From assembly GCA_029856145.1 (NCBI GenBank), contig JAHQWK010000022.1, positions 32,001 through 96,000 on the forward strand: DNA of 64,000 nt. Direction: 5' to 3'. The position numbers and the translations under genes were made by a program. Source of the DNA: Promethearchaeia archaeon (GTDB lineage Archaea > Asgardarchaeota > Lokiarchaeia > Sigyniarchaeales > SOKP01). Below the pieces are notes generated by a model. The model made no database searches. It worked only from the letters and a program-made list of their open reading frames with translations, and was not told where the DNA came from. Below are positions 10,016 through 20,008 of this stretch, piece after piece (position 1 is the stretch's first letter; every line of letters begins with the position of its first letter).

Positions 10016-11308
10016 TTAAAATTGATTGATTTCTTTTTTTATATTTCCATTGGAATCTTGATAATAAAGTGAATTTGAAGGCACATCTTCATTGATTAAT
10101 GTGTGCGCTCCGATAATAGAATTTTCACCTATCTTTTTACCACACATTATACTTGCATTGATTCCTGTCTGGGAATTAGGTCCAATTATTGCTCCTAATT
10201 TTCTTCTGCCAGAATCAACTAACTTTTTGTTAATTTTCATTTTTATATTTTTATTATCAAATCTCAAGTTTGATATTTTAGTACCTGCCCCTAGGTTAAT
10301 ATTTTCGCATAAAATAGAATCACCTACATAATTAAAATGTGGGACGGAAGTATTAGACAAAATTATTGAATTCTTTACTTCAGACATTCCAATATGGCAA
10401 TTATTTTCAATCGAAGTATATGGACGTATAAAAGCATTTGGTCCTATGACATTTTTTTCTCCTATATAACATGGGCCTTGAATACAAGAACCTGATTTAA
10501 CAGTAGTTCCTTTTCCTATATAGACATTTCCTTGAATTTTGACATTTTCTTCGATTTCTCCAAAGATCTGATTTTTTTTACCGTCTAAAAGAAACTTATT
10601 TGCCTCAAACAGTTGCCATGGTAATCCAATATCGTTCCAGAAATAGTTATTTATATTACAACCGATGATTTTTCCCCCAAATTCATTTATTAGTATTTGC
10701 ATAGAATCCGTAAATTCATATTCATTCCTAATGGATTTTTGGGTTCTTTCTATAGCTTTAAAAATCGATTGTTTAAATATATATATTCCTGCATTTGCTA
10801 AATTTCCCGCATTTTGTTTAGGAAGAGGTTTTTCTATTATTTTTTCAACTAAATCTTTAGAATTCAATTTGATAATCCCATAATCTTGTGGATTATCTAC
10901 TTTCAGTAATGTGATTAATCCTTCATAATTATTTTCCCTATATTTCTGTAAGATAACTCGAAAGATTTCAGGATCGATAAATAAATCACCATACATCATC
11001 AAAAAATCTTCGTCTTTAATAAAATCTTTCGCATAACCTGCTGCGTGAGCAGTTCCTAAATATTCTTCTTGAGTGATATATTCAATTTTCACTTTTAATT
11101 GGTGTGATGCTTTTTCAAAGTATTCCTTAATTATTTCTTTTTTATATCCAACAATAAGTAAAAATTGATCTATTCCCACATTTTTAAGTCCCAAAATAGT
11201 ATGTTCTAAAAGAGGTTTTCCTAATAATGGTATCATTGGTTTAGGTCTTGATGAGGTTATTGGCCTTAGCCTCTTTCCTTCTCCTGCGGCTAGTATTACG
11301 GCTTTCAT
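10016..11308 (-). CDS. glmU: Bifunctional sugar-1-phosphate nucleotidylyltransferase/acetyltransferase (archaeal GlmU-like)
   Basis: LAAGEGKRLRP, PKPM, EKP, hexapeptide repeats, PHFNYVGDS, NLGAGTK. Confidence 0.85.
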   Translation of the reverse strand: MKAVILAAGEGKRLRPITSSRPKPMIPLLGKPLLEHTILGLKNVGIDQFLLIVGYKKEIIKEYFEKASHQLKVKIEYITQEEYLGTAHAAGYAKDFIKDEDFLMMYGDLFIDPEIFRVILQKYRENNYEGLITLLKVDNPQDYGIIKLNSKDLVEKIIEKPLPKQNAGNLANAGIYIFKQSIFKAIERTQKSIRNEYEFTDSMQILINEFGGKIIGCNINNYFWNDIGLPWQLFEANKFLLDGKKNQIFGEIEENVKIQGNVYIGKGTTVKSGSCIQGPCYIGEKNVIGPNAFIRPYTSIENNCHIGMSEVKNSIILSNTSVPHFNYVGDSILCENINLGAGTKISNLRFDNKNIKMKINKKLVDSGRRKLGAIIGPNSQTGINASIMCGKKIGENSIIGAHTLINEDVPSNSLYYQDSNGNIKKEINQF

Positions 11309-11333
11309 AAAAACGATTTAATAATATATATAT

Positions 11334-12242
11334 TTAATTTATTTTGTCAAAATCTTTTACAACTTCATCAAGATAGTATTTCAAATGTTTAAAAGGTCTT
11401 AAATTTCCCGCAAATTCTTCTCTAAAAGCAGAATCTAAAGATAATTTAGATTTCAATTGTTTAAAAATTGCTTTTACTTTATAAAAATTACCAGTAGCGA
11501 TAAAATCTACTGAATAACCATTAATGCTTCCAAATAATATAATTTTCTTATTATTATTTTCTTGAACACTTTCAGTATCTTCTATATGTATTTCTTTAAT
11601 TTTTGTTTTAGTACGAATTAGGGTGTTCATTGAAATTGTAGCTAATTTAGCAGACAAATCTGAGCTATATAATTCAATATTTTCAATAGTTTCATCTCTA
11701 TTTAAATTTGTTAAAAGATTAATATCAAAAAGTTGAGAAACAATTGGTAATCCTTGAGCAGATATCCCCGCATACAATATCGCATTTTGTCCATTCTTAA
11801 TAGATTTTTCATAAATAATTTCTTCTTCTAAGGGGTCTAAATATTTATCTCTTAGATATTCTGTAATCAGTTTAATAACGTCCTTAAAAGTAGGTTCTTC
11901 GGAAGAAAATTTCAATCTATCTAAATCATTATATTGAACTTGAACCTGTTTACAGAAGTCTTTTAACATTTTAAAAGATTCTGTTGATCCTACACTAAAA
12001 TTGCCAATACTACAGAAGAATAAATTTTGACCAGCATTCGTAACCATATGTTCAACAATAATCCTTTCTGTACCAAACTTTTTATGCTTTAAACAAATTT
12101 TCCTCAAACGCCAGGTATTTCTGGGATTTATACTGCGTAGCAGCTTCTCTGTAAATAGAATGATCTCAAAAGCATTGTATTTTTTTTCATCTGAACAATA
12201 AAGAATATCATTCTCTAAGATAATACTGAAAGAAGAGATCAT
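11334..12242 (-). CDS. Hypothetical protein, probable tandem longin-like domains
   Basis: Two beta-hairpin/helix/three-strand patterns (SFSIILENDILYC...; ILYAGISAQGLPIVSQLF...), ending F.GNL.PF..L...LDE as in Asgard longins; judged by eye. Confidence 0.45.
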   Translation of the reverse strand: MISSFSIILENDILYCSDEKKYNAFEIILFTEKLLRSINPRNTWRLRKICLKHKKFGTERIIVEHMVTNAGQNLFFCSIGNFSVGSTESFKMLKDFCKQVQVQYNDLDRLKFSSEEPTFKDVIKLITEYLRDKYLDPLEEEIIYEKSIKNGQNAILYAGISAQGLPIVSQLFDINLLTNLNRDETIENIELYSSDLSAKLATISMNTLIRTKTKIKEIHIEDTESVQENNNKKIILFGSINGYSVDFIATGNFYKVKAIFKQLKSKLSLDSAFREEFAGNLRPFKHLKYYLDEVVKDFDKIN

Positions 12243-12440
12243 AAGGGAAAATTTTAAATTAGTAGAAGATCAATTAATTATCTCTTATTATAGTAAAAAT
12301 TATCTGATATATTAAGTTTTTTTGATTTAATTTGATAAAAAATGCATTAATTCTTGAAGATTATGAAGATTAAAACTATAAGTATAAATTTTATTAGAAT
12401 TAAATAATTACAAACTTAAACATCATTATTCAACTAAAAA

Positions 12441-13247
12441 ATGGATACACTACAACCAATAGAGAAAGAAAGTATTAGAAATGCTTCTGAGTTGCTCTTC
12501 AATTCAAAATATGCAATTGTATTAACCGGAGCAGGAATTTCAACAGAATCTGGAATTCCAGACTTTAGAGGAGAAAGTGGAATTTGGAAAAAATACAAAC
12601 CTAAGATATATGGAAGCATTCAATCCTTCTTAAAGGATCCATCAAAATTTTGGAAAATGGCTGAAGAAATTGCTCCAACTTTATTTAATGCTGAACCAAA
12701 CCCTGGCCATTATGCTATTGCAGATCTTGAAAAATTAAATATAATTAAAGCCATTATTACTCAAAATATTGATGAATTACATCAAAAAGCAGGAAATGTT
12801 ATTGTATATGAAGTACATGGAAATATTAATAGATTTACCTGCTTGGGATGTCGTGCAAGCTACACAAAAGAACAACTTCTGCGTAAATTAAAAAAAGAAA
12901 AAAATTTACCTCCAGGATGCAATTATTGTGGTGCTCCTTTAAAACCTTCTGTAGTGCTATTTGGAGAAAGTCTACCTAATTTTGAAAAATATATGTCAAT
13001 AGATATAGCTAAAAAGTCAGATGTCATGTTAATAGCAGGCTCTTCCCTCACAGTGACACCAGTATGTGATTTGCCTCTTTATACTCTGAGTGAAGGGGGG
13101 AAAATAATTATAGTGAATGATGAGCCAACATATTTAGATGAACGTGCGGAAATTGTTATCAATAATAAAACTGAAACCATTTTACCATTGATTGTGGAAG
13201 AAATCAAGAAAATTAAAGCAGAGCATGAATCAAAAACTCATAATTGA
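12441..13247 (+). CDS. cobB: NAD-dependent protein deacylase, Sir2 family
   Basis: TGAGISTESGIPDFRG, TQNIDELHQKAG, EVHG, CLGC/CNYC zinc site, PSVVLFGE, GSSL. Confidence 0.95.
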   Translation: MDTLQPIEKESIRNASELLFNSKYAIVLTGAGISTESGIPDFRGESGIWKKYKPKIYGSIQSFLKDPSKFWKMAEEIAPTLFNAEPNPGHYAIADLEKLNIIKAIITQNIDELHQKAGNVIVYEVHGNINRFTCLGCRASYTKEQLLRKLKKEKNLPPGCNYCGAPLKPSVVLFGESLPNFEKYMSIDIAKKSDVMLIAGSSLTVTPVCDLPLYTLSEGGKIIIVNDEPTYLDERAEIVINNKTETILPLIVEEIKKIKAEHESKTHN

Positions 13248-13284
13248 TTGATTTTTTATAAATTATTTTTAAAGTTTTTTTTAT

Positions 13285-14874
13285 ATGATTACAGAGAATA
13301 TTATAATTAAAGATTGGCGAAAAATTGATTTTTCTTTTGGATTAATTTACCCTAATGTATATAAAATCGGTATGTCTTCATACTCTATTAGACTTCTCTA
13401 TTTCCTAATAAATTCATTTGAAAATATTGCTTGTGAACGTATTTTTTTACCTAGAAATATAAAGTTGAGATTTCCTGCTTCGAAAGATTATTCTTCGAAA
13501 AATCTTTTACGATCCCTTGAAAATAAAATATTGCCAGAAGAATTTGATATCTTAGGTTTCTCAATACATTTTGAGAATGATTTTAAAAACATATTATGGA
13601 TATTAGAAAAAGCTGAGATCCCTTTAACTTCTCAAGAGCGTTATAACGTTTTAATTAAAGATAATGCTCAATTTCCAATTATAATAGGAGGAGGGCCCGC
13701 AGTCACCTCAAATCCAATCACGTTAAGTGATTATTTTGATATTTTGTTTATTGGTGATGCAGAGGAAAGTTTAAAATCATTTTTTAAAATCTTTCAAACT
13801 TATAAAAAAGAAGATTTAAATTTTAGAGAATTTTTAGAGAGAGTTAGATTAATAGAAGGAATTTATATACCTACACTTAACAATAGAGCTAAAAGAGCAA
13901 TTCTTAAAAATCTTGATGATTCGTCTACTCCTATTTTTCAACTGATATCCAAATCATCTGAAGAAAAATCAATTTTTGAGAGCAATTTTTTTCTTGAAAT
14001 CAATAGGGGATGTCCTTATCAATGTAAATTTTGTATCTCTTCTTTTCATAATTCTCCATTCAGAAACAGAAGTTATGATAACATTAAGCACGCTGTTGAA
14101 GATGGAATAAAATATTCTGATTTCGAAACAATAAGCCTTATAGGTTCCTGCGTTTCATCACACCCTAAATTTAAGGAGATTTGTGAGCATATAATTAACA
14201 ATGGAAAAAGATTAACAATTCCTTCAATTCGGATTGAGCATCTAAATATGGATATAATTCATATTTTAGAAAAAGCAAACATCAAAACTATTACTATTGC
14301 TCCGGAAACTGGTTCTGAAAGTTTGAGATTTGCACTCGGAAAGATGATACCTAATGAAAAAATTATTTCAGTTTTAACTCAAATAAGAGATTCTCAAATT
14401 AAAAATGTAAAATTATACTTTTTAATAGGTTTACCAGAGGAGAAGGAAGAAAATATTGATGATATTATTAATTTATTAAAATTATTTGATGATTTAGATT
14501 TTGAAAAAAACGCCTTACGAGTAAATATTAATCCATTTGTTCCAAAACTTAATACTCCTTATGAAAAAGAAGTATTTTTTTATTTAAAAGAAAATTTGCA
14601 TGATTTGATAAAAAAATATCAAAAATTGGAAAGAGAATTGAAAAATTTAAGCTCAATAAAGCTCAAATTTAAAAATGTCAAGTATATCATTAAGAATGCT
14701 AGACTTCAAACTATTATTTCTTTAGGAAATCAACAAATTTCAGATCTACTTTTAAACTATTATACCAATGGAGCTATACTTAGTTCACTTGAAAAAGCTG
14801 AAAAAGAATTAAATTTCTCTATCAATGATTACCTATTGAAAATCAAAGAATGTTATACTCCTTGGATAATCTAA
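13285..14874 (+). CDS. Radical SAM protein (B12-binding-like N-terminus)
   Basis: YPNVYKIGMSS, EINRGCPYQCKFC (CxxxCxxC), TIAPETGSESLR, KLYFLIGLP, PFVPK.NTP. Confidence 0.88.
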   Translation: MITENIIIKDWRKIDFSFGLIYPNVYKIGMSSYSIRLLYFLINSFENIACERIFLPRNIKLRFPASKDYSSKNLLRSLENKILPEEFDILGFSIHFENDFKNILWILEKAEIPLTSQERYNVLIKDNAQFPIIIGGGPAVTSNPITLSDYFDILFIGDAEESLKSFFKIFQTYKKEDLNFREFLERVRLIEGIYIPTLNNRAKRAILKNLDDSSTPIFQLISKSSEEKSIFESNFFLEINRGCPYQCKFCISSFHNSPFRNRSYDNIKHAVEDGIKYSDFETISLIGSCVSSHPKFKEICEHIINNGKRLTIPSIRIEHLNMDIIHILEKANIKTITIAPETGSESLRFALGKMIPNEKIISVLTQIRDSQIKNVKLYFLIGLPEEKEENIDDIINLLKLFDDLDFEKNALRVNINPFVPKLNTPYEKEVFFYLKENLHDLIKKYQKLERELKNLSSIKLKFKNVKYIIKNARLQTIISLGNQQISDLLLNYYTNGAILSSLEKAEKELNFSINDYLLKIKECYTPWII

Positions 14875-14908
14875 ATTGATGATAAATAAAATAAAAATAA
14901 AAAAAAAA

Positions 14909-15412
14909 TTAATCAATTTTTTTAAAGACCTTTTTAACTGCTCCACAAACAGGGCAATTATCAGGTGGTTCTCCTTCGTGAGTGTATCCACAGACGGGAC
15001 ATATATATATATCATTTTTTTCTAAATCTTTACCCTTTCCTATCGATTCAAGAGCAGCACTATACAGTTTATGATGAATCTTTTCTACTTCATTGGCATA
15101 ATTAAATGTTCTCTCTGCAGCTTTGTTTCCCTCGTTCTTAGCAGCTTCAAGGAACTCAGGATACATTTTTGTAAATTCATAATGCTCACCTTCTACTGCT
15201 GCTTGTATATTTTCTTTTGTAGATTTAACTCCTCCAAGAACTCTAAGATGATTATGAGCATGAACTGTTTCTGCGGCAGCAGCAGCTCTAAAAACTTTTG
15301 CTACTTGAGGGAAACCTTCTTTATCGGCTTGTTCAGCAAAAGCTAAATATTTACGATTTGCTTGTGATTCTCCCGCAAATGCTTCTTTTAATCCTTCTTC
15401 TGTTTTTGACAT
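14909..15412 (-). CDS. rbr: Rubrerythrin
   Basis: AFAGESQANRKY, AETVHAHNH, GEHYE, EKIHH, C-terminal CPVCG...CPVCG rubredoxin site. Confidence 0.95.
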   Translation of the reverse strand: MSKTEEGLKEAFAGESQANRKYLAFAEQADKEGFPQVAKVFRAAAAAETVHAHNHLRVLGGVKSTKENIQAAVEGEHYEFTKMYPEFLEAAKNEGNKAAERTFNYANEVEKIHHKLYSAALESIGKGKDLEKNDIYICPVCGYTHEGEPPDNCPVCGAVKKVFKKID

Positions 15413-15564
15413 AAACCTTCACTTTAATGATAATTGTATGTTAGAATTATTTTTCGATATTTTTTAACTTGGTTTTTATAAATCATAAATTAGGTTTAAA
15501 ATAAAATATGTCTTAACAATTTAAAAATTTAAAACATTAACAAAATATCTAAATCTTTGTTTTA

Positions 15565-16365
15565 TTAACTTGAAAGTAGATTTTTAACAGAATCTACAAT
15601 TCGAGTTAAATAGTGTTCAGCTACTCCAAATCTTACATGAGAATTAAAAACTAAAATTATGAAATATTTATTTTGAACATATTCTGAAAAGATGAATCTA
15701 TTATCTTTAAAAGTATAGAAGAGTTTTAATATTGAATTATTATAGATTTTAACACGAAATTCAACCTCTTTTAAAAAATTCTTCAAATAAGCTTTGTTAT
15801 ATGGGGCGTATAACACTTTTCCTCTATCAGTTAAAAGAATAGCTCCGTCAATTTCATCAATTAATATTAATTCTTTCATGTATTCAATAATTTGCTCTTC
15901 GGTTTTTAAATTGAACTCATTACTGAAGGCATCTTCAATAGTTTCCTCGATAATTTCATTAAATACACCGTCATATACGATTTGTTTATTAATATTAATC
16001 TTTTTTTTACGCATATATATGGTAAGTCGTTTATTGATTTTATTTACAGCTTCCTCCAAGAAGATTTCATTTTCAATTGTATCGCATAAAATATTGTAAT
16101 TTAGAGCGCCTTTTTCAAAAATGACAAATTTTACATCACCCATTTCTATTGTTTTGAATTTTTTTCCAATCATTTCCTTAGAAAAAGACATCAAGGCAGT
16201 AATAAAGGGAGAAACTAAGTTTTTCTCTACTTGAAAATAATCTGTAAAATTTTTGCCAAAAAAACAAATACCAGATCTATTAAATATAAATAAATTGTGA
16301 ATATTTGTATTATCATAAGATCTTTTGATCATTGAGGGTAAAGATATTCGATCTTGTATTCCCAT
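15565..16365 (-). CDS. Longin + roadblock-like two-domain protein
   Basis: N-terminal IHNLFIFNRSGICFF...PFITALMSFSKEM (longin); C-terminal IDGAILLTDRGKVLY...FIILVF...FGVAEHYL (roadblock/LC7-like). Confidence 0.6.
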   Translation of the reverse strand: MGIQDRISLPSMIKRSYDNTNIHNLFIFNRSGICFFGKNFTDYFQVEKNLVSPFITALMSFSKEMIGKKFKTIEMGDVKFVIFEKGALNYNILCDTIENEIFLEEAVNKINKRLTIYMRKKKININKQIVYDGVFNEIIEETIEDAFSNEFNLKTEEQIIEYMKELILIDEIDGAILLTDRGKVLYAPYNKAYLKNFLKEVEFRVKIYNNSILKLFYTFKDNRFIFSEYVQNKYFIILVFNSHVRFGVAEHYLTRIVDSVKNLLSS

Positions 16366-16766
16366 GAGATAAAATTAAAAAATAACTATAAAAAGAACAG
16401 ACTTTTATGTTTTATACCGTTTTTAAAAAATTTATTTCATGTAGCTTGGTTTTTTCTCAATATAGTATAGAAAATAATCAATCAAACGGGTGATTATATG
16501 TTTTTATTAAAAAGTACCTAATCTTTTAATTAAATCTTTTATTTCCAATTTGGAATTTAAAAGATCTTACTAAATTTATCATCAATTTTAAAATATAGGC
16601 CAGTTTTTACATTATTTTGGATTTACAAAAATTGTATTTAGAAGGTTGTTATTCATCGTTTAAGATAATTTAACCTTAAAGTTTAAAAATAAGGAAGACG
16701 GAATAATAATTAAATTACATAATTTATTTAAAACATTTTTAAATCATTATAGGAGGAATAAAAAAA

Positions 16767-16964
16767 ATGGCTAAAAAAGCAGCTGTTGATGCTCTTTTTG
16801 TGAAAAGTAAAGTCCGAGAATATATTAAAGGTAAGGGTTGCAACACAAGTGGAGATTTGATTGATGGCCCAGCACTTAATAATGCAATCATTGATGTTCT
16901 CAACAAAGCTATCGCAAGAGCTAAAGCTAATAACCGAAAAACGGTCCAAGAGAAGGATCTATAA
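16767..16964 (+). CDS. Small histone-fold protein (short-alpha3 type)
   Basis: 65 aa, basic; LFVKSKVREYIK..NTSG and RAKANNRKTVQEKDL (RKTVxxxD histone motif); AGGAGG SD upstream and T-tract downstream. Confidence 0.85.
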   Translation: MAKKAAVDALFVKSKVREYIKGKGCNTSGDLIDGPALNNAIIDVLNKAIARAKANNRKTVQEKDL

Positions 16965-16984
16965 ACTTCTCGCCTTAAGATTTA

Positions 16985-16997
16985 TTTTTTTTTTTTT
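16985..16997 (+). terminator. Oligo-T terminator-like tract after the histone gene
   Basis: 13 consecutive T about 20 nt after the stop codon, typical of archaeal intrinsic termination. Confidence 0.5.
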
Positions 16998-17048
16998 CAT
17001 ACTTTATTTTCTATCAATATTTCTATTTCCAAATAAAAATTACAAATT

Positions 17049-17215
17049 TTATACTCCATTTATGTTTAAATTATTAAAAGGAGATGTTCTATGTACGAAC
17101 ACACAACCCACAAATAGTAAATAAAGAATAAAAATTCCAAACCAAATCGCCTTATACCTTATTTTCTTTCTTGAGAAAATGGAATTTTTTATTCTTATTT
17201 CTCTCCTTTTTTCAT
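17049..17215 (-). pseudogene. Frameshifted small membrane protein or signal-anchor remnant
   Basis: ATG at 17215 followed by an A6 run; adding one A gives MKKRREIRIKNSIFSRKKIRYKAIWFGIFILYLLFVGCVFVHRTSPFNNLNINGV* (basic patch plus one TM). Confidence 0.35.
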
Positions 17216-17225
17216 GGCTATTATT

Positions 17226-17747
17226 TTATTTTTCAGCAAAATCTTTATCAATTATAAAGAATCCTATTGATAATATGCTTTTTAATCTCTGAAGATCATC
17301 TTTCAATTTTTTTACACGTTCAAATGATCCTGATACAGCTATAATTTCTAGACATTTTTCATATTCTAAATGTACGTGCATTGTAGAAATAATAATGTCA
17401 TGAAAATGATGTTGAATATCATTTTTTAAGATTTCATCTGTTTGTTGAACATTTGCATAAATTGATCTTGAGCTATAATCATGATTGTGTTCAAAATCAT
17501 GTGATTCTTCATGAGAGTGCTGATGATTAAGATCAATATGTTCATGAGCCATTATTATTGCTATACAGCCTATTACGTTTTCTGAAACTACAGAGATATT
17601 TTCTTCTTGTATCATAAAAAGATACATAGCTTTCCTAATAGCATCAGATCTAGAAATTCCTAATTTATTTCTAAATTCCTCAAATTTATCATAGAGCTCT
17701 TGAGGAAGAGAAATTGTAAAACGTTTATATTCTTCCATTTTCAACAA
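17226..17747 (-). CDS. nikR: Nickel-responsive regulator NikR (RHH + ACT) with His-rich insert
   Basis: RFTISLP..L...SRSDAIRKA ribbon-helix-helix; QHHFHDIIISTMHVHLEYEKCLEI keeps the H,H,H,C Ni-site pattern. Confidence 0.9.
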   Translation of the reverse strand: MLKMEEYKRFTISLPQELYDKFEEFRNKLGISRSDAIRKAMYLFMIQEENISVVSENVIGCIAIIMAHEHIDLNHQHSHEESHDFEHNHDYSSRSIYANVQQTDEILKNDIQHHFHDIIISTMHVHLEYEKCLEIIAVSGSFERVKKLKDDLQRLKSILSIGFFIIDKDFAEK

Positions 17748-17781
17748 CTAGAAAGGTATAAAATTGTAGTTAAAAAAAAAA

Positions 17782-18516
17782 TTATTTTCTCATAAGGATC
17801 GCAATTGGTACACTTGCTTCACGCCACTGAGCAATTTTTCCAGAATATTCGAGGTCTAATTTCACCCTACCATGATCTCCAATGATAATCATTAATGAAT
17901 TTTGCCTTAGTTGTTTATAATTACCTAGAATCCATTTATCTGTTCTATTTATTAATTTTTCAATTAAATCTTCTGGAGTTCTTTGTCTTAACCGTTGTTG
18001 TTGTTTATGTAAATTCTCAAAATCTAAATAATGCATCCATGAAAGGTCATGTGTATTAATAACTTTCGCTGATTCAACCCAAGTACTCATATCAGTATCT
18101 TTTGCAATAGATTTTGTTCCCCCATCATATCTTTCTATATCTTTTTGTCTTCCAATTAAACAAGATGATTTCCCCCCATTATTTATAGCTTTTAAGAGAT
18201 GGAATCCATTAGGTTCAACTTCAAAACCACCATAAATTAATTGATGTAGTACTCCTAAAGTATAAGGGTTTTTAGTGCTAAGTAATAGCATTACTTCTGA
18301 GTTGGCAATCATAAATTGTGGTTTTAAATAAGTGATTTCAAAAAGACCAAAATTATCTATTAAATTTATGCTAATACGCTCGATTCCTTGATACAAATCT
18401 AAAATATCTGGGATTGCTTCTGGAATAGTGTTATGAGGGGGGTCAATATTTAGTAATTTTAGCAAAGTTCCCGGTAATTGGGTAAGGTAAGCCTTAAGAG
18501 TTTGCAGTTCTGACAT
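17782..18516 (-). CDS. Minimal alkaline-phosphatase-superfamily protein
   Basis: LIDNFG (cf. LIDG.G), IIIGDHG, VPIAI terminal strand, TQLPGTLLKLL.. Confidence 0.5.
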   Translation of the reverse strand: MSELQTLKAYLTQLPGTLLKLLNIDPPHNTIPEAIPDILDLYQGIERISINLIDNFGLFEITYLKPQFMIANSEVMLLLSTKNPYTLGVLHQLIYGGFEVEPNGFHLLKAINNGGKSSCLIGRQKDIERYDGGTKSIAKDTDMSTWVESAKVINTHDLSWMHYLDFENLHKQQQRLRQRTPEDLIEKLINRTDKWILGNYKQLRQNSLMIIIGDHGRVKLDLEYSGKIAQWREASVPIAILMRK

Positions 18517-18646
18517 ATCTGTGTTTTAAATTTGAAAATATAATTTATTTTTAATAATTCTTAATATTATTAAAAAGATAATATACTTATAAAATTGTTA
18601 TCACATTAAATATTGAGTCATATACCAATTTTGAAATAATGATAAA

Positions 18647-19930
18647 ATGAGAATACTATATATTGATTTACTTAATTCTGGGATTTCAGGTGATATGTTT
18701 CTTGCAGGTCTTTTAGGGTTAGTTCCAGAACCTAATGTAATTTTACATGAATTACAAGATTTGAAAAATTGGCTTCCCAATGTTACAAAATTAGATATTG
18801 AATTAATTTATACGGAACGTAGTGGAATTCAATTGAATCAATTAAAAATTGATATAAAAGAAACAAAAGATCACAGAACAGCGAAAACTTTACAGAAGTC
18901 TTTGAATAATTTTCTTTTGAATTCTAAAATATCTGATTCAGCAAAGAATTATGCTAATAACGTTTTAAAGTCCTTGATTCAAGCTGAAGCAGATGTTCAT
19001 GGTGAATTAATTGAGAAGATTCATTTACATGAACTGAGTTCAGTTGATACATTTATAGATATTATAGGTATAGCGACTGCTCTTGATAGGATTAATGGTT
19101 TTAACAAAGGATTAAGAATTTCTTGTGGTAAAATACCTTTAGGTGCGGGTAAAGTTAAAACAAAACATGGGATCTTAGCCATTCCAGCCCCAGCTACTTT
19201 AAAGATTTTAGAAAAATCAAACCTAATAACATTTGGAGGACCAATAGAATCTGAACTAGTTACTCCAACAGGAGCAGCATTGTTAGCAAACTTAGAACCC
19301 CAAGTTCTTCAATATCCCGCAGAGATGAAAATTATAAAATCAGTATATAGCACGGGACAAAAGAAATTTGATAATTTCTCTAATGTGTTACGATTAATTT
19401 ATGGTGAAGATAGAGGATTAAGTTTATCTAATTCAAGCCACCCCTTACAAAAGTATGTTGAACAAGTTTCTGTATTAGAAACTGATGTTGATGATGTATC
19501 TGGTGAAATTCTTGGAAATTTTATCACTACATTTGAAAAAGAAGACATACTCGATATTCAAATATTCCCAAGTATAACGAAAAAAAATAGACCTGGCCAT
19601 ATTATAAAAGTTCTTTGTTATCCTGAGCAAATTTTTAAGTTAATTGAAAAAATTGTACATGAATTAGGAACATTGGGAGTAAGATTTAACATAATTAACA
19701 GAGTTTGTATTAGTAGGAAAATTGAAAGGAGAAGTATTGAAATAAATGAAAAAACTTATGAAATAGATTATAAAATTTCATTTATTCAATCGGATAAAGG
19801 ATTAGAAATCGTTAACATTAAGCCAGAATATAAGGATCTTAAAAAAATAAGTGAAGATACTGGTTCAACTATAAAAAAGGTTCAGTTGATAGTTAATGCA
19901 GAGATAAAACAAATCTATAATAACTTATAG
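18647..19930 (+). CDS. larC: Nickel-pincer cofactor biosynthesis protein LarC
   Basis: SGISGDMFLAGL, AEADVHG..IHLHE, HGILAIPAPAT, ELVTPTGAA, LETDVDDVSGE, KKNRPG, TLGVR, KPEYKD. Confidence 0.93.
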   Translation: MRILYIDLLNSGISGDMFLAGLLGLVPEPNVILHELQDLKNWLPNVTKLDIELIYTERSGIQLNQLKIDIKETKDHRTAKTLQKSLNNFLLNSKISDSAKNYANNVLKSLIQAEADVHGELIEKIHLHELSSVDTFIDIIGIATALDRINGFNKGLRISCGKIPLGAGKVKTKHGILAIPAPATLKILEKSNLITFGGPIESELVTPTGAALLANLEPQVLQYPAEMKIIKSVYSTGQKKFDNFSNVLRLIYGEDRGLSLSNSSHPLQKYVEQVSVLETDVDDVSGEILGNFITTFEKEDILDIQIFPSITKKNRPGHIIKVLCYPEQIFKLIEKIVHELGTLGVRFNIINRVCISRKIERRSIEINEKTYEIDYKISFIQSDKGLEIVNIKPEYKDLKKISEDTGSTIKKVQLIVNAEIKQIYNNL

Positions 19931-20008
19931 AAACATCTGATAAAATTTTAGTAGAAATAAAAATAAGAAAAAAAAATAGTTAGAAAATGAGTTCCCTAAT
20001 TGTACTAT

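Noticed and set aside
12441-16964. Sir2 deacylase and histone as a chromatin-modification module
   Set aside because: Separated by three unrelated genes in mixed orientation, and the histone has only a very short Lys-containing N-terminus.
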